Assembly (NCBI RefSeq): GCF_029360765.1
Contig: NZ_JARKNA010000002.1
Location: 275,334-307,333 of the forward strand
DNA length: 32,000 nucleotides
Origin: Terrimonas pollutisoli
GTDB taxonomy: Bacteria > Bacteroidota > Bacteroidia > Chitinophagales > Chitinophagaceae
Reading direction: 5' to 3'
Shown here: positions 1 through 8,497 of the stretch, piece after piece
Position numbering within the stretch: position 1 is the stretch's first letter
Layout of the letters: every line of letters begins with the position of its first letter
Notes under the pieces: generated by a model
What the model saw: the letters and a program-made list of their open reading frames with translations, nothing else
The model's database searches: none
What the model was told of the DNA's origin: nothing
Made by a program: the position numbers and the translations under genes

Positions 1-801
1 AAGAATGTATTCGAAGGTGATCTCGTTTTTAGTTTGCTTATAAAAATAGTTGAGCGCCTCAATCAGCGATTTGATATTATTGGTATCGTTGATCGGCATG
101 ATTTCATGGCGTTTTTCATCAGTAGCAGCATGCAGGGATAAAGCAAGTTTGAATTTTACTTTATCATCACCTAATTGCTTTATCATTTTTGCCACACCGG
201 CTGTTGAAACAGTGATTCGTTTGGGACTCATGGCCAAGCCGTCTGCCGCGGTGATGCGTTCAATTGATCTTAATACATTTTTATAATTTAATAAAGGCTC
301 ACCCATGCCCATGTAGACAATATTGCTGAGCTTTTTGCCATATTCTTTCTCACATAGTTGATTTAGTAAGGCTACTTCATCATATATCTCGTCAAATTCA
401 AGGTTGCGTTTGCGATCCATATAACCCGTAGCGCAAAACTTACAACTAAGGCTACAACCGATTTGGGATGATACACAGGCTGTGTATCGGCCAGACACGG
501 TTGGGATTAACACACCTTCTACAAAATGACCATCATGCGTTTTGAAGCGAAGTTTGAAAGTACCGTCTTCAGAATGTTGCGTGTGATCAATTTGTAAGGC
601 GGGCAGGCTAAACTCCGTAGCCAGCTTTTGCCGTAAATCTTTAGAAAGATTGGTCATTTCATCAAAACTGCGAACCGGTTTTAACCAAAGCCAGTCATAC
701 ACCTGCCTGGCCCTGAATTTCTTTTCGCCAAATGAGGCGAAATACTCTTCTATATCTTTCAGGCTTAAATGGCGGATGTTGCGTTGCGCTGCTTTTAACA
801 T
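1..801 (-). CDS. rlmN: Radical-SAM 23S rRNA/tRNA adenine-C2 methyltransferase RlmN, N-terminal ~267 codons; 3' end runs off the window
   Basis: My own reverse-strand translation from the ATG at 801-799 gives MLKAAQRNIRHLSLKDIEEYFASFGEKKFRARQVYDWLW...SSQIGCSLSCKFCATGYM...VYMGMGEPLLNY...VSTAGV. It has the CxxxCxxC radical-SAM motif and an RlmN-type N-terminus. The frame stays open to position 1, so it is absent from the supplied ORF track. Confidence 0.85.
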   Translation of the reverse strand, partial: MLKAAQRNIRHLSLKDIEEYFASFGEKKFRARQVYDWLWLKPVRSFDEMTNLSKDLRQKLATEFSLPALQIDHTQHSEDGTFKLRFKTHDGHFVEGVLIPTVSGRYTACVSSQIGCSLSCKFCATGYMDRKRNLEFDEIYDEVALLNQLCEKEYGKKLSNIVYMGMGEPLLNYKNVLRSIERITAADGLAMSPKRITVSTAGVAKMIKQLGDDKVKFKLALSLHAATDEKRHEIMPINDTNNIKSLIEALNYFYKQTKNEITFEYIL

Positions 802-1002
802 GTTGCAAAGATAGTCACAAGGAAATAGCAAAAGAGACCGGTCTGCGTATCAAAAGAAGCATTCCTGTATTAAACAATTTTGTATAAAACATTTTTGTTT
901 AATATTTGCCGTGTTAAGGTGAGGTCATTAGTTCGAAAATTCCTGAAGTAATTTTACATTTCACTTAGTTTACATTTTTTAATTGCCAATTTGGATCAGT
1001 TT

Positions 1003-2199
1003 ATGAAAACGGCATTTGTTATTGATGCTATAAGAACACCAATCGGAAAATATGGTGGGGCATTAGCCAATTCCAGGCCCGATGACCTGCTGGCTAATGT
1101 TATCATTGCGTTGCTGCAACGACACGAGTCGCTTGATGTGAGTGCAATAGAGGAAGTGATTGCCGGTGCGGCCAACCAGGCTGGTGAAGACAATCGCAAT
1201 GTAGCGAGAATGGCGGCGCTGCTGGCAGGGCTGCCAGTGAGTGTAGCTGGTTCAACGGTAAATCGTTTGTGTGCTTCAGGTTTGCAGGCTATCATGGATG
1301 CATCAAGGCAGGTGATGTGTGGTGATGCCGAACTGATCATTGCCGGTGGCGTGGAAAGCATGACGAGAGCGCCTTTCGTAATGGCAAAATCGGCAGCGCC
1401 TTTTTCAAGAAGTCATGAAATGTATGATACCACATTGGGGTGGCGCTTTGTCAATAAGAAGCTGGCGGGAATGTATCATCCTTACAGCATGGGTGAAACG
1501 GCGGAGAATGTGGCAAAACAGTGGAACATTTCACGGCAGGAACAGGACATGTTTGCTCTGCAATCACAGGAAAAATATTTTGCCGCACGGGAAGCAAAAA
1601 AGTGGGATGATGAACTGGCAGCAGTAGAATTGTATAATAATGGATTGGTGAGCTGGATGGTGGACGATGAAGCACCCCGGCAAACATCGCTGGAGAAGTT
1701 GGCGACATTAAAGCCGGCTTTTATGAAAGAAGGGACAGTCACCGCCGGTAATTCGTCCGGTATTAATGACGGTGCGGCCGCGATGTTGCTCGCCAGCGAA
1801 GAGGCTGTGAAGAAATATGAGCTGCGGCCGATGGCCAAAATTGTGTCGATGGCGGCAGCAGGAGTAGATCCCGCTATCATGGGCATTGGCCCGGTACCGG
1901 CAACAAGAAAAGCATTGCAGCGGGCCGGTTTAAGAATAGATGATCTTGACCTTGTTGAATTGAATGAGGCGTTTGCCTCGCAATCCATCGCCTGTATCCG
2001 TGAGCTTGGATTGGATAATGAAAAAGTAAATGTAAATGGCGGCGCCATTGCTATCGGTCATCCATTAGGATGTAGTGGTGTACGTATTTCTGCTACCTTA
2101 TTACATGAAATGAAAAGAAGAAATTCCAAATACGGATTGGCTACGATGTGTATTGGAGTAGGGCAGGGAGCAGCAATAATTTATGAAAGAGTGGATTAA
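1003..2199 (+). CDS. Acetyl-CoA C-acyltransferase / 3-ketoacyl-CoA thiolase
   Basis: Thiolase hallmarks are present: NRLCASGLQA (nucleophilic Cys), NEAFA, GHPLGCSG and CIGVGQG at the C-terminus. I prefer the ATG at 1003 (MKTAFVIDAIRTPIGKYGG) over the TTG at 991 used by the ORF track. Confidence 0.9.
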   Translation: MKTAFVIDAIRTPIGKYGGALANSRPDDLLANVIIALLQRHESLDVSAIEEVIAGAANQAGEDNRNVARMAALLAGLPVSVAGSTVNRLCASGLQAIMDASRQVMCGDAELIIAGGVESMTRAPFVMAKSAAPFSRSHEMYDTTLGWRFVNKKLAGMYHPYSMGETAENVAKQWNISRQEQDMFALQSQEKYFAAREAKKWDDELAAVELYNNGLVSWMVDDEAPRQTSLEKLATLKPAFMKEGTVTAGNSSGINDGAAAMLLASEEAVKKYELRPMAKIVSMAAAGVDPAIMGIGPVPATRKALQRAGLRIDDLDLVELNEAFASQSIACIRELGLDNEKVNVNGGAIAIGHPLGCSGVRISATLLHEMKRRNSKYGLATMCIGVGQGAAIIYERVD

Positions 2200-2252
2200 G
2201 GATTAGTAACTTTTGTAAGCTATATTCGTTGCACCACTTAAACTTAAAAACT

Positions 2253-2621
2253 ATGCGGAAATTTCTTTTTTTACTTCTTGTAATCTCAGGTTCAATTATC
2301 ACAAATGCACAGCAAGCTCCAACAATTCCTGCTACAGATTCATTAAAAGAATATATCGGCAAATATGTTTTTCCGGAGGGAAGCGAAGTGCCGGAAATAA
2401 AAGTCGCTTTGGAAAACGGTGTTTTAATGGGGAGTTCATCACAGGGTAGTTCGGAATTGAAGCGGATAGAAAAAGACGTCTTTGAAGTGGTAGCCTATTC
2501 AGGAATGGCCACTTTTAAACGGGATGAAAAAGGAAAAATAAACGGTCTTTATGTAGAAGTCGGCAACTTGATCCTTGATGGGAAAAAATCAGAGGAAGAA
2601 GCCCCTTCTCCGGGAAAGTAA
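2253..2621 (+). CDS. Small secreted hypothetical protein (~122 aa)
   Basis: The ATG at 2253 gives a signal-peptide-like N-terminus, MRKFLFLLLVISGSIITNAQ. I recognise no catalytic motif. A clean terminator follows the ORF. Confidence 0.5.
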   Translation: MRKFLFLLLVISGSIITNAQQAPTIPATDSLKEYIGKYVFPEGSEVPEIKVALENGVLMGSSSQGSSELKRIEKDVFEVVAYSGMATFKRDEKGKINGLYVEVGNLILDGKKSEEEAPSPGK

Positions 2622-2652
2622 CAGGGCAGAAACATTTTGTATATCGAATGAT

Positions 2653-2680
2653 AAAGGGTGGACCGTTCACCCTTTTTTGG
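2653..2680 (+). terminator. Rho-independent terminator after the small secreted protein gene
   Basis: Stem AAGGGTG (2654-2660) pairs with CACCCTT (2668-2674) around a 7-nt loop. A TTTT run follows immediately. Confidence 0.7.
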
Positions 2681-2716
2681 TTGGCTTTTCTTGATCCGGC
2701 AAGTTAATTTTGTCGT

Positions 2717-3220
2717 ATGAGTTTTAAAACGAATTGGCAGACCGATGGATTTTTTGCGGAAGAAACGAATATTGGTGAAGCCATGAACCGGCTTAGTCAT
2801 CACATTGAAGGCATGGAGAGTATCTATGCGACATTTTCTCCTGAACAATTGTTACAGAAACCGGCACCGGGTAAGTGGTCGAAGCAGGAAATACTAGGCC
2901 ACCTGGTTGATTCTGCCATCAACAACCTGAAGCGATTTACTGAGATCCAGTTTTTGCCACAGCCGTACCAGGTTGTTTCTTACCGGCAAAACGAATTGGT
3001 AGCCGTGAATGCTTATCAACAGCTTCCTTTGCAGCATCTGCTTGAGCTGTGGAAGGCATTGAATCAACAGATCATATATGTTGTTCAAAATATTCCCGCC
3101 GAAAAATTAAACTACGCTGTTGATCCGCAGTATGACAATAAAGAACTCAAAACATTAGGTTGGATCATTTGTGACTACGTGGCTCACCTGGAGCATCATT
3201 TAGCGCAGATAAAAGCATAG
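2717..3220 (+). CDS. DinB-family (DinB_2-like) metal-binding four-helix-bundle protein
   Basis: GKWSKQEILGHLVDSAINN and the C-terminal DYVAHLEHHLAQI give the conserved His pattern typical of the DinB/YfiT superfamily. An alternative start at 2783 (MNRLSHH) is possible, because a TAATTTTG box sits at 2705-2712, only 5 nt before the 2717 ATG. Confidence 0.7.
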   Translation: MSFKTNWQTDGFFAEETNIGEAMNRLSHHIEGMESIYATFSPEQLLQKPAPGKWSKQEILGHLVDSAINNLKRFTEIQFLPQPYQVVSYRQNELVAVNAYQQLPLQHLLELWKALNQQIIYVVQNIPAEKLNYAVDPQYDNKELKTLGWIICDYVAHLEHHLAQIKA

Positions 3221-3229
3221 TTGATTTCA

Positions 3230-4426
3230 TCAATAAAGTTTATACAAAAGTCGTTTTACCAGCCTGTAATTGGTTATCAGCGAGAGAAGGATCAATACCA
3301 GGGCGGTAAACAATACCGTCCAATGCAATGGCGTAGAAAGCTCCGGCCGGTTATACATCACCAATTGGTGAAAGGCCCATTGCATTAGTTGTGTAACACC
3401 TAAGGCCATCAATACGATCAGAATGTAAACTGGTATAAACTGGCGGGCCACGTTTTTACTCAACCACCCCGGTGAATATCCTAATGTCAGCAATAGTTGC
3501 AAACTGTCCTTGCTGCGGGCAATCACCAATTGCAGATAGAATGAAAAGAGCATCAGGGCTAGTACAACTACCAGCAAGCCAAATACAGCAAGACCACTGA
3601 AGATGCCCTGGAAAACTTGTTTCATGCGGCCGAATTTTGTTTTATCCTTATTTATCTTATAATTTTTTTGATCCAAAAAATTTAAGAGCTCCGCACTATT
3701 TGCATCTTTTGTTTTTATATAAAGCCTCGACGCATGATCTGACTTTTTGCCTTTGAAAGTTAGGTTGGCCCAGTCCAAAAAACTTTTAGGAACTAATACC
3801 GAGTTGATCCTATCGCTGAATGCCACTACCTGTCCCTGGAAAGTTTGTTCAAGGTTACCATCGCCATGGCAGGTGATATAAACAGGAATACCTGTTGCGG
3901 TTTCCTGTGATACCTGCGGTAGGTTATAGCTTGGACCGAATACATTAAATATTTCCAGGAAATCGGAGGAAATGATAATAGGAATTTTTGTTTGACCCGG
4001 CTGCCATTGAAAGGAGGGTGGGACAGTGTCAAGAAAACTATTTTCGATGGTTTCTAAAAAAAGATTGGTTCTAAACGGTAATACGCCGGCAGCGCTTAAT
4101 TCTACCTGGAACTGGTTGGCCTCAAGCGGAGCCACATCTTCCAAAAATGGTTTTGATTTTAATTCAGCAATATCGGCTGCCTGGAAAAGATTTTTTTCAG
4201 CCTGTCCCATCGTTTCATTGGTGACTGTTTTGGTAATGGAAATAAAATCGAAGCCATCTTTGCGGATCGAGCCTTCTTTCAGCATCTGCTGAATGTTGAT
4301 ATACATTTGAATGGAACACAGCAAAAGCAATACACCGATGCCCAATCCAATGTAAGAGAACCAACGGGATAAGGCATTAGTTCCAGTTTGTAAAAGTGGC
4401 CGTATAGGTTTGAACGATAAATTCAT
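3230..4426 (-). CDS. ABC transporter permease, FtsX/MacB-type (one N-terminal TM, large extracytoplasmic domain, C-terminal 3-TM FtsX domain)
   Basis: The topology can be read from the translation: WFSYIGLGIGVLLLLCSIQ, then about 230 hydrophilic residues, then three hydrophobic helices at the C-terminus. It lies downstream of an ABC ATPase on the same strand. I prefer the start at 4426 (MNLSFKPIRPLL), because the longer ORF start at 4453 lies inside the repeat element. Confidence 0.75.
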   Translation of the reverse strand: MNLSFKPIRPLLQTGTNALSRWFSYIGLGIGVLLLLCSIQMYINIQQMLKEGSIRKDGFDFISITKTVTNETMGQAEKNLFQAADIAELKSKPFLEDVAPLEANQFQVELSAAGVLPFRTNLFLETIENSFLDTVPPSFQWQPGQTKIPIIISSDFLEIFNVFGPSYNLPQVSQETATGIPVYITCHGDGNLEQTFQGQVVAFSDRINSVLVPKSFLDWANLTFKGKKSDHASRLYIKTKDANSAELLNFLDQKNYKINKDKTKFGRMKQVFQGIFSGLAVFGLLVVVLALMLFSFYLQLVIARSKDSLQLLLTLGYSPGWLSKNVARQFIPVYILIVLMALGVTQLMQWAFHQLVMYNRPELSTPLHWTVLFTALVLILLSLITNYRLVKRLLYKLY

Positions 4427-4638
4427 TTGTTTGTTTTTAACCTCACCCTCCATCTCCCTCTCCTTTGGAGAGGGAGCGGCGCTGTATATCTTTAATCAAC
4501 TATATATCTACCACATCACCAACATATCTCTACTCTGCATTTTCGAAGAGTCTGATAAAATTTTGAGTCGTCGAAAAGCGAGGGTTGTGCATTGCAAGTC
4601 TTCCGCCGCGGCGGAGAGATTTAGAGGGGGCCGACCTC
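4427..4638. repeat. Composite ~190-bp structured repeat, copy 1 (partner 21458-21689), filling the ATPase-permease spacer
   Basis: Positions 4441-4630 align by eye over their full length with the reverse complement of 21459-21646. The shared core is GCTGTATATCTTTAATCA.CTATAT..CTACCACATCA, followed by TTCGAAGA.TCT and CGAAAAGCGAGGG.TGTG. There is a terminal hairpin at each end: CTCCCTCTCC/GGAGAGGGAG (4454-4476) and TCCGCC-GC-GGCGGA (4602-4615), the latter followed by GAGATTTAGAGGGGG. Confidence 0.8.
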
Positions 4639-5280
4639 TTATAAATGAAGCAACCTCGTGTAGGGATAAAAATCAATTCTTTCCAAATCTGCAAAAATAA
4701 TGGCAGCATTTCTTGCTCTTGCTTCTTCCAGCATCAGCACCATCGCTTTTTGCGCATTGTTATCATCCAGGTGACTAAATGGTTCATCCAGCAATAAAAA
4801 CTCAAAGGGCTGCAATAATGAACGGATAATAGCAATCCGCTGCTGTTCGCCATAAGAGCAGGTGTTACAGGTGCTGCTCAGCTTATCTCCTATGCCCAAC
4901 CTGTTCGCCATTTCTTTTATCTTCTCAGGTGGATGAAATGGATTTAGCTGTCGTTTTATTTCCAGATTTTCCAGTACAGTTTGTGCCGGAAAGAGACGTA
5001 AATCCTGGAAAACAATACTGAGATGATCTTTTCGGTGATGAGCCGAATCTTCTGCTGAGAAGTCACGGATTGATTTATTATCGTAGCTGATCGTACCGTT
5101 ATAATCATTTCGGATGCCATAGAGGAAATTCATGAGTGACGATTTCCCACTTCCCGATGGCGCCACGATCTTGATCCATTCGCCTTTTTCAAACAAAAGT
5201 TCTTTGCCCCAAACGTCAGATGATTGAGTTCTGCTTTGATCAAAGTATGTCGGAAGCAGGTTGCTGATTCGTAACTCCAT
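4639..5280 (-). CDS. ABC transporter ATP-binding protein (divergent signature and H-loop)
   Basis: Walker A is APSGSGKSS, the Q-loop is VFQDLRLFPAQTV and Walker B/D-loop is FLLLDEPFSHLD. The signature reads CSYGEQQR instead of LSGGQ. There is no His where the switch H-loop is expected (AAIIFADLE). Confidence 0.85.
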   Translation of the reverse strand: MELRISNLLPTYFDQSRTQSSDVWGKELLFEKGEWIKIVAPSGSGKSSLMNFLYGIRNDYNGTISYDNKSIRDFSAEDSAHHRKDHLSIVFQDLRLFPAQTVLENLEIKRQLNPFHPPEKIKEMANRLGIGDKLSSTCNTCSYGEQQRIAIIRSLLQPFEFLLLDEPFSHLDDNNAQKAMVLMLEEARARNAAIIFADLERIDFYPYTRLLHL

Positions 5281-5295
5281 AAAAGATATTGCTCC

Positions 5296-5333
5296 AAATA
5301 ATAAAGGTTACAGTATGTCATTGCTGTAACCTT
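5296..5333 (-). terminator. Candidate rho-independent terminator after the lipoprotein gene
   Basis: A perfect 10-bp stem, AAGGTTACAG (5304-5313) / CTGTAACCTT (5324-5333), encloses a 10-nt loop. On the minus strand it is followed by TATTATTT. It lies between the lipoprotein stop (5357) and the ATPase start (5280). Confidence 0.5.
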
Positions 5334-5356
5334 GTAATGCATTTTAAAGAAATTGA

Positions 5357-7036
5357 CTAAGGATTGACCTGGATGGTTGTGTCCACCACAGCAGGTGCAT
5401 CCATCATAATGTCTTTATACCTGTTCTTTTTTTCTTCGCTGATCTTATACATGGTATTGATATACTGGTTCAGCTGCTTCAGACTGTTAACGTTTTTATC
5501 AACAAGATTTACCGTCATCTCAAATTCCAAAGCATCGCTTTTGTATTCGCCTCCCGTAGCAATGATATCCTGCCACATATTGTAAGACGTTGTCATGGCC
5601 GATTTAGCGCTGCTATCTGATACCGAAGTTTCGCCTGTTTTTATTATTTTTTGAATGTCGACATAAAAACCAAATGGATGACCACCGATCTTCTCTGCTA
5701 CTACATTTTTGTTAGTAGTGCCACCCAGGAATGTGTTCATGTGTTCAGGGGAGTTGCTGGCAGCAAACCAATTATTGTCAAGTTTGTAGTGAATTTCCGG
5801 GGAATTAGCTGATTTCATTCCCTTGGTTTGCTCTACTACCACACCGATCAGTTTATCAAAAGCGGCTTTATCATTGACAGAAGTAGCAAACAAAACTTTC
5901 ATGTCAGGTTCGGTTTTGGTGTATTTATAAGGCTCTTGTCCTTCGCCCATTTCCATTGAAACTTCTTTTGTTTTCATTTCCAGGTCGGAAACAGCCAGCA
6001 GGACCTCGCCTTTGTTTGCTTTGATAAATTCTTCTACGCTATAGCCGGCACGGCCCAGAAAGCCATTAACGACACCATCGAAACCAGTTATTCTTAAAAA
6101 TTCTTTTAAAGCGGCAGGCTGATAGTTCATCGCAAAAACACCCACCACATTTTGTGAAGGGATGCGATTTAATACATCCCCGCTAAGAGGCTTGGAGGGG
6201 TAGTCCGACATCAGTTTACTGATCTCTTTACCATAATAACTCTTCGATTTCATCGCAATTTTGCCGTTGTCGAAATTCAGTGACATAGCCGACACATTAT
6301 TTTCCAACAGCGAGTTGAATTTCATCAAGGACAGCATACCACTTAATGTGTTGCCGTATAGTCCAGACGCATTCATCCATAAATGCATATCGCTGCCATC
6401 CCCGATCATAGACGCAAAACGGGAATCATTGTCGAGGTTATCGTCGGACTTTAGCGTCAATGCGGTTTTTGCAAAAAGTTTGAGACTGTCTTCAGGAAAT
6501 TTATACATTTCAAACCTGCTTTGGCTGTTAAAGCCCTGTTGCATGTCCGGCAAAGGTGAATCTGCCAGGTAAGCAAATTTGGTGCTGTTCCATGCCAGGA
6601 GACCTGATTTATCCGACACCATATAATTAATGTCGCCATCCTTGGTGCGTGTAGCTTTTCCTTTGCTGATTTCTTTATTAAATGCCTCGAATGCTGCTGC
6701 ATCTTTTACGGCTCCTTCAAAAACGATATAGCCTCCACGTCCCTGTCGTTTCATATAAAAAACAAGGTCAGCTTTTGTATCAATGCCTGACTGACCGGGA
6801 TCTTTCAATAATTTTTGTGCAGTACTATCAGTTGCTTCTTTTGACATTTCTTTGAACCAATCTGTCTGGCTGATCTCATCCCAGCTAAGTTTGGAAGAAA
6901 GTGAAGCACTGTTGATATGTACCACGAGAGCTGCGTCTTTTGGAACCAGCAAACCGGTTTTACCGCCTTTTTTACAGGATGCTGCAAATAATAAGGCGGA
7001 AAAAGATAATACAAGGAATAATGGTTTTTGTCTCAT
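5357..7036 (-). CDS. Large hypothetical lipoprotein (559 aa)
   Basis: The N-terminus MRQKPLFLVLSFSALLFAASCKKG has a lipobox-like signal with Cys. I recognise no enzymatic motifs. From memory it resembles Bacteroidota DUF4836-type lipoproteins, which I could not verify. Confidence 0.55.
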   Translation of the reverse strand: MRQKPLFLVLSFSALLFAASCKKGGKTGLLVPKDAALVVHINSASLSSKLSWDEISQTDWFKEMSKEATDSTAQKLLKDPGQSGIDTKADLVFYMKRQGRGGYIVFEGAVKDAAAFEAFNKEISKGKATRTKDGDINYMVSDKSGLLAWNSTKFAYLADSPLPDMQQGFNSQSRFEMYKFPEDSLKLFAKTALTLKSDDNLDNDSRFASMIGDGSDMHLWMNASGLYGNTLSGMLSLMKFNSLLENNVSAMSLNFDNGKIAMKSKSYYGKEISKLMSDYPSKPLSGDVLNRIPSQNVVGVFAMNYQPAALKEFLRITGFDGVVNGFLGRAGYSVEEFIKANKGEVLLAVSDLEMKTKEVSMEMGEGQEPYKYTKTEPDMKVLFATSVNDKAAFDKLIGVVVEQTKGMKSANSPEIHYKLDNNWFAASNSPEHMNTFLGGTTNKNVVAEKIGGHPFGFYVDIQKIIKTGETSVSDSSAKSAMTTSYNMWQDIIATGGEYKSDALEFEMTVNLVDKNVNSLKQLNQYINTMYKISEEKKNRYKDIMMDAPAVVDTTIQVNP

Positions 7037-7067
7037 TTGCTTTTGATTGTTTTGATTTTATAGGAGG

Positions 7068-8489
7068 TCAAATAAAGGAAAAATTAATAAGATCGGCAAC
7101 AGGCACTGTTGTTTGCCCGCCACTTCTAAGGTCTTTTATATTGCAATTACCTTCTACAAGCTCTTTACTGCCAATGATAATTATATATGGAATATTTTTC
7201 TTTTCCGCATATTTAAACTGCTTGTCAAATTTAGCCGTTTCATGAAATAGCTCACATCGGGTGTTATTATTTCTCAGCCGTTGCATCAGTTCAAATGCTT
7301 TCCTGCTTTCTGCTTCGCCCAGGTTAAAAAATAAAACCTGTGTGCCTGTGTGCACTTCCGTTGGAAAAAGATTCAACTCTTCCATTACATCATAAATACG
7401 GTCGACGCCAAATGAGATACCTACGCCGGGAATATTGGGAACGCCAAACAAGCCGGTAAGATCATCATATCTTCCGCCACCGCCGATGCTTCCCATTTGC
7501 ACGTTATTCGCTTTTATTTCGAAAATAATTCCGGTATAATAATTCAGTCCCCGTGCAAGGGTAAAATCTAATACGATTGGTAAGTCTTTATTGGTTGAAT
7601 ATTGTAATACAAATTCAAGTTCTTCAATCCCTTTTTTTCCCAGCAGACTGTCACCCATCAAATTTTTTATCTGCACTGATTTTTCTTCATTGTTTCCCTC
7701 AATACGGAGGTAGTGCTCAATGAAATCAATTTGCTCGTCGTTTAATCCACGTTGGATCAATTCTTCTTTTACTTTTTCCAAGCCGATCTTATCGAGTTTG
7801 TCAATAGCAATGGTAATATCAACCAATTTATCAGTGCCACCACATTGCTCAGCCAGTGCCGCCAATATTTTACGACTATTAATTTTTATTTCTACCGGTA
7901 TACCGAGTTGTTGAAAAACGGTGGCATAAATATTTGTCAGCTCTACTTCATTCAACAAGGAGTGGCTGCCGACAATGTCTGCATCACATTGGTAGAACTC
8001 ACGGTATCTTCCTTTTTGCGGACGATCAGCTCTCCAAACTGGCTGAATTTGGTAGCGTTTGAAAGGAAAGCTTAATTTCCCATGATTCATTGCTACGTAT
8101 CGAGCAAATGGAATTGTGAGATCATACTTAAGAGCTTTGCTAGAGATTTGATTTTTAAACGTCGCTACATATCCCCTTTTAGAAGCTTCAAGTTCTCTCT
8201 CAGAAGATAGTTTCTCTTCCCTATCTCCCATCCATAGGGAAAAAGCTTTTATAAAGTCATTTGAAAACGGATCACCTGAATCAAGAATTCTAAAAATAAG
8301 TTTATCGCCTTCTTCTCCATATTTTCCCATCAGTGTTTCCAGGTTTTCCATCGCCGGTGTTTCCAGTGGCTGGAAACCGTAGAGTTCAAAAACATTTTTT
8401 ATCGTATTGAGAATATAATTGCGTTTACGTACGACCTCGGGTCCAAAATCCCGGGTGCCCTGTGGTAAACCAACTGTAACTTTTGCCAT
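7068..8489 (-). CDS. hisS: Histidine--tRNA ligase
   Basis: Class II HisRS features are present: GTRDF near the N-terminus, YQIQPVWRADRPQKGRYREFYQCDADIVG (motif 2 region), GGGGRYDDL and GISFGVDRI (motif 3), followed by a C-terminal anticodon-binding domain. Confidence 0.93.
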   Translation of the reverse strand: MAKVTVGLPQGTRDFGPEVVRKRNYILNTIKNVFELYGFQPLETPAMENLETLMGKYGEEGDKLIFRILDSGDPFSNDFIKAFSLWMGDREEKLSSERELEASKRGYVATFKNQISSKALKYDLTIPFARYVAMNHGKLSFPFKRYQIQPVWRADRPQKGRYREFYQCDADIVGSHSLLNEVELTNIYATVFQQLGIPVEIKINSRKILAALAEQCGGTDKLVDITIAIDKLDKIGLEKVKEELIQRGLNDEQIDFIEHYLRIEGNNEEKSVQIKNLMGDSLLGKKGIEELEFVLQYSTNKDLPIVLDFTLARGLNYYTGIIFEIKANNVQMGSIGGGGRYDDLTGLFGVPNIPGVGISFGVDRIYDVMEELNLFPTEVHTGTQVLFFNLGEAESRKAFELMQRLRNNNTRCELFHETAKFDKQFKYAEKKNIPYIIIIGSKELVEGNCNIKDLRSGGQTTVPVADLINFSFI

Positions 8490-8497
8490 TAATAAGA

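Noticed and set aside
802-1002. I looked for a riboswitch, leader or divergent promoter signals in the 200-nt rlmN-thiolase spacer.
   Set aside because: There are only AT-rich sequence and imperfect TAnnTTTG-like strings (for example TAATATTTG near 901-909). I could define no conserved structure or convincing box.
1482-2048. Long antisense ORFs lie inside well-supported genes. Examples are 1482-2048 (-), 14792-15316 (-), 29173-29646 (-), 30402-30764 (-), 25068-25370 (-) and 20497-20817 (-).
   Set aside because: They lie entirely opposite strongly recognisable CDSs (thiolase, nuoD, permease, exbB, nuoL, nuoH). They have low-complexity or odd composition and show no motifs. They are typical shadow ORFs.
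3221-3233. A small hairpin, TTGAT-TTC-ATCAA, lies between the convergent DinB-family and permease genes and could be a bidirectional terminator.
   Set aside because: It has only 5 AT-rich base pairs with a 3-nt loop, and it overlaps the permease stop. That is too weak to call.
4410-4700. ORF 4410-4700 (+) and ORF 21526-21711 (-) share a conserved peptide: AALYIFNQLYIYHITNISLL..FEES vs AVLYIFNHLYHYHIIFISLF..FEDS. This could suggest a small repeated protein gene.
   Set aside because: The similarity is explained by the DNA repeat. Of about 10 differing codons in the shared stretch, only one change is synonymous. The frames diverge or stop immediately outside the core. The peptide also runs through the hairpin arms. 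I treat it as non-coding.
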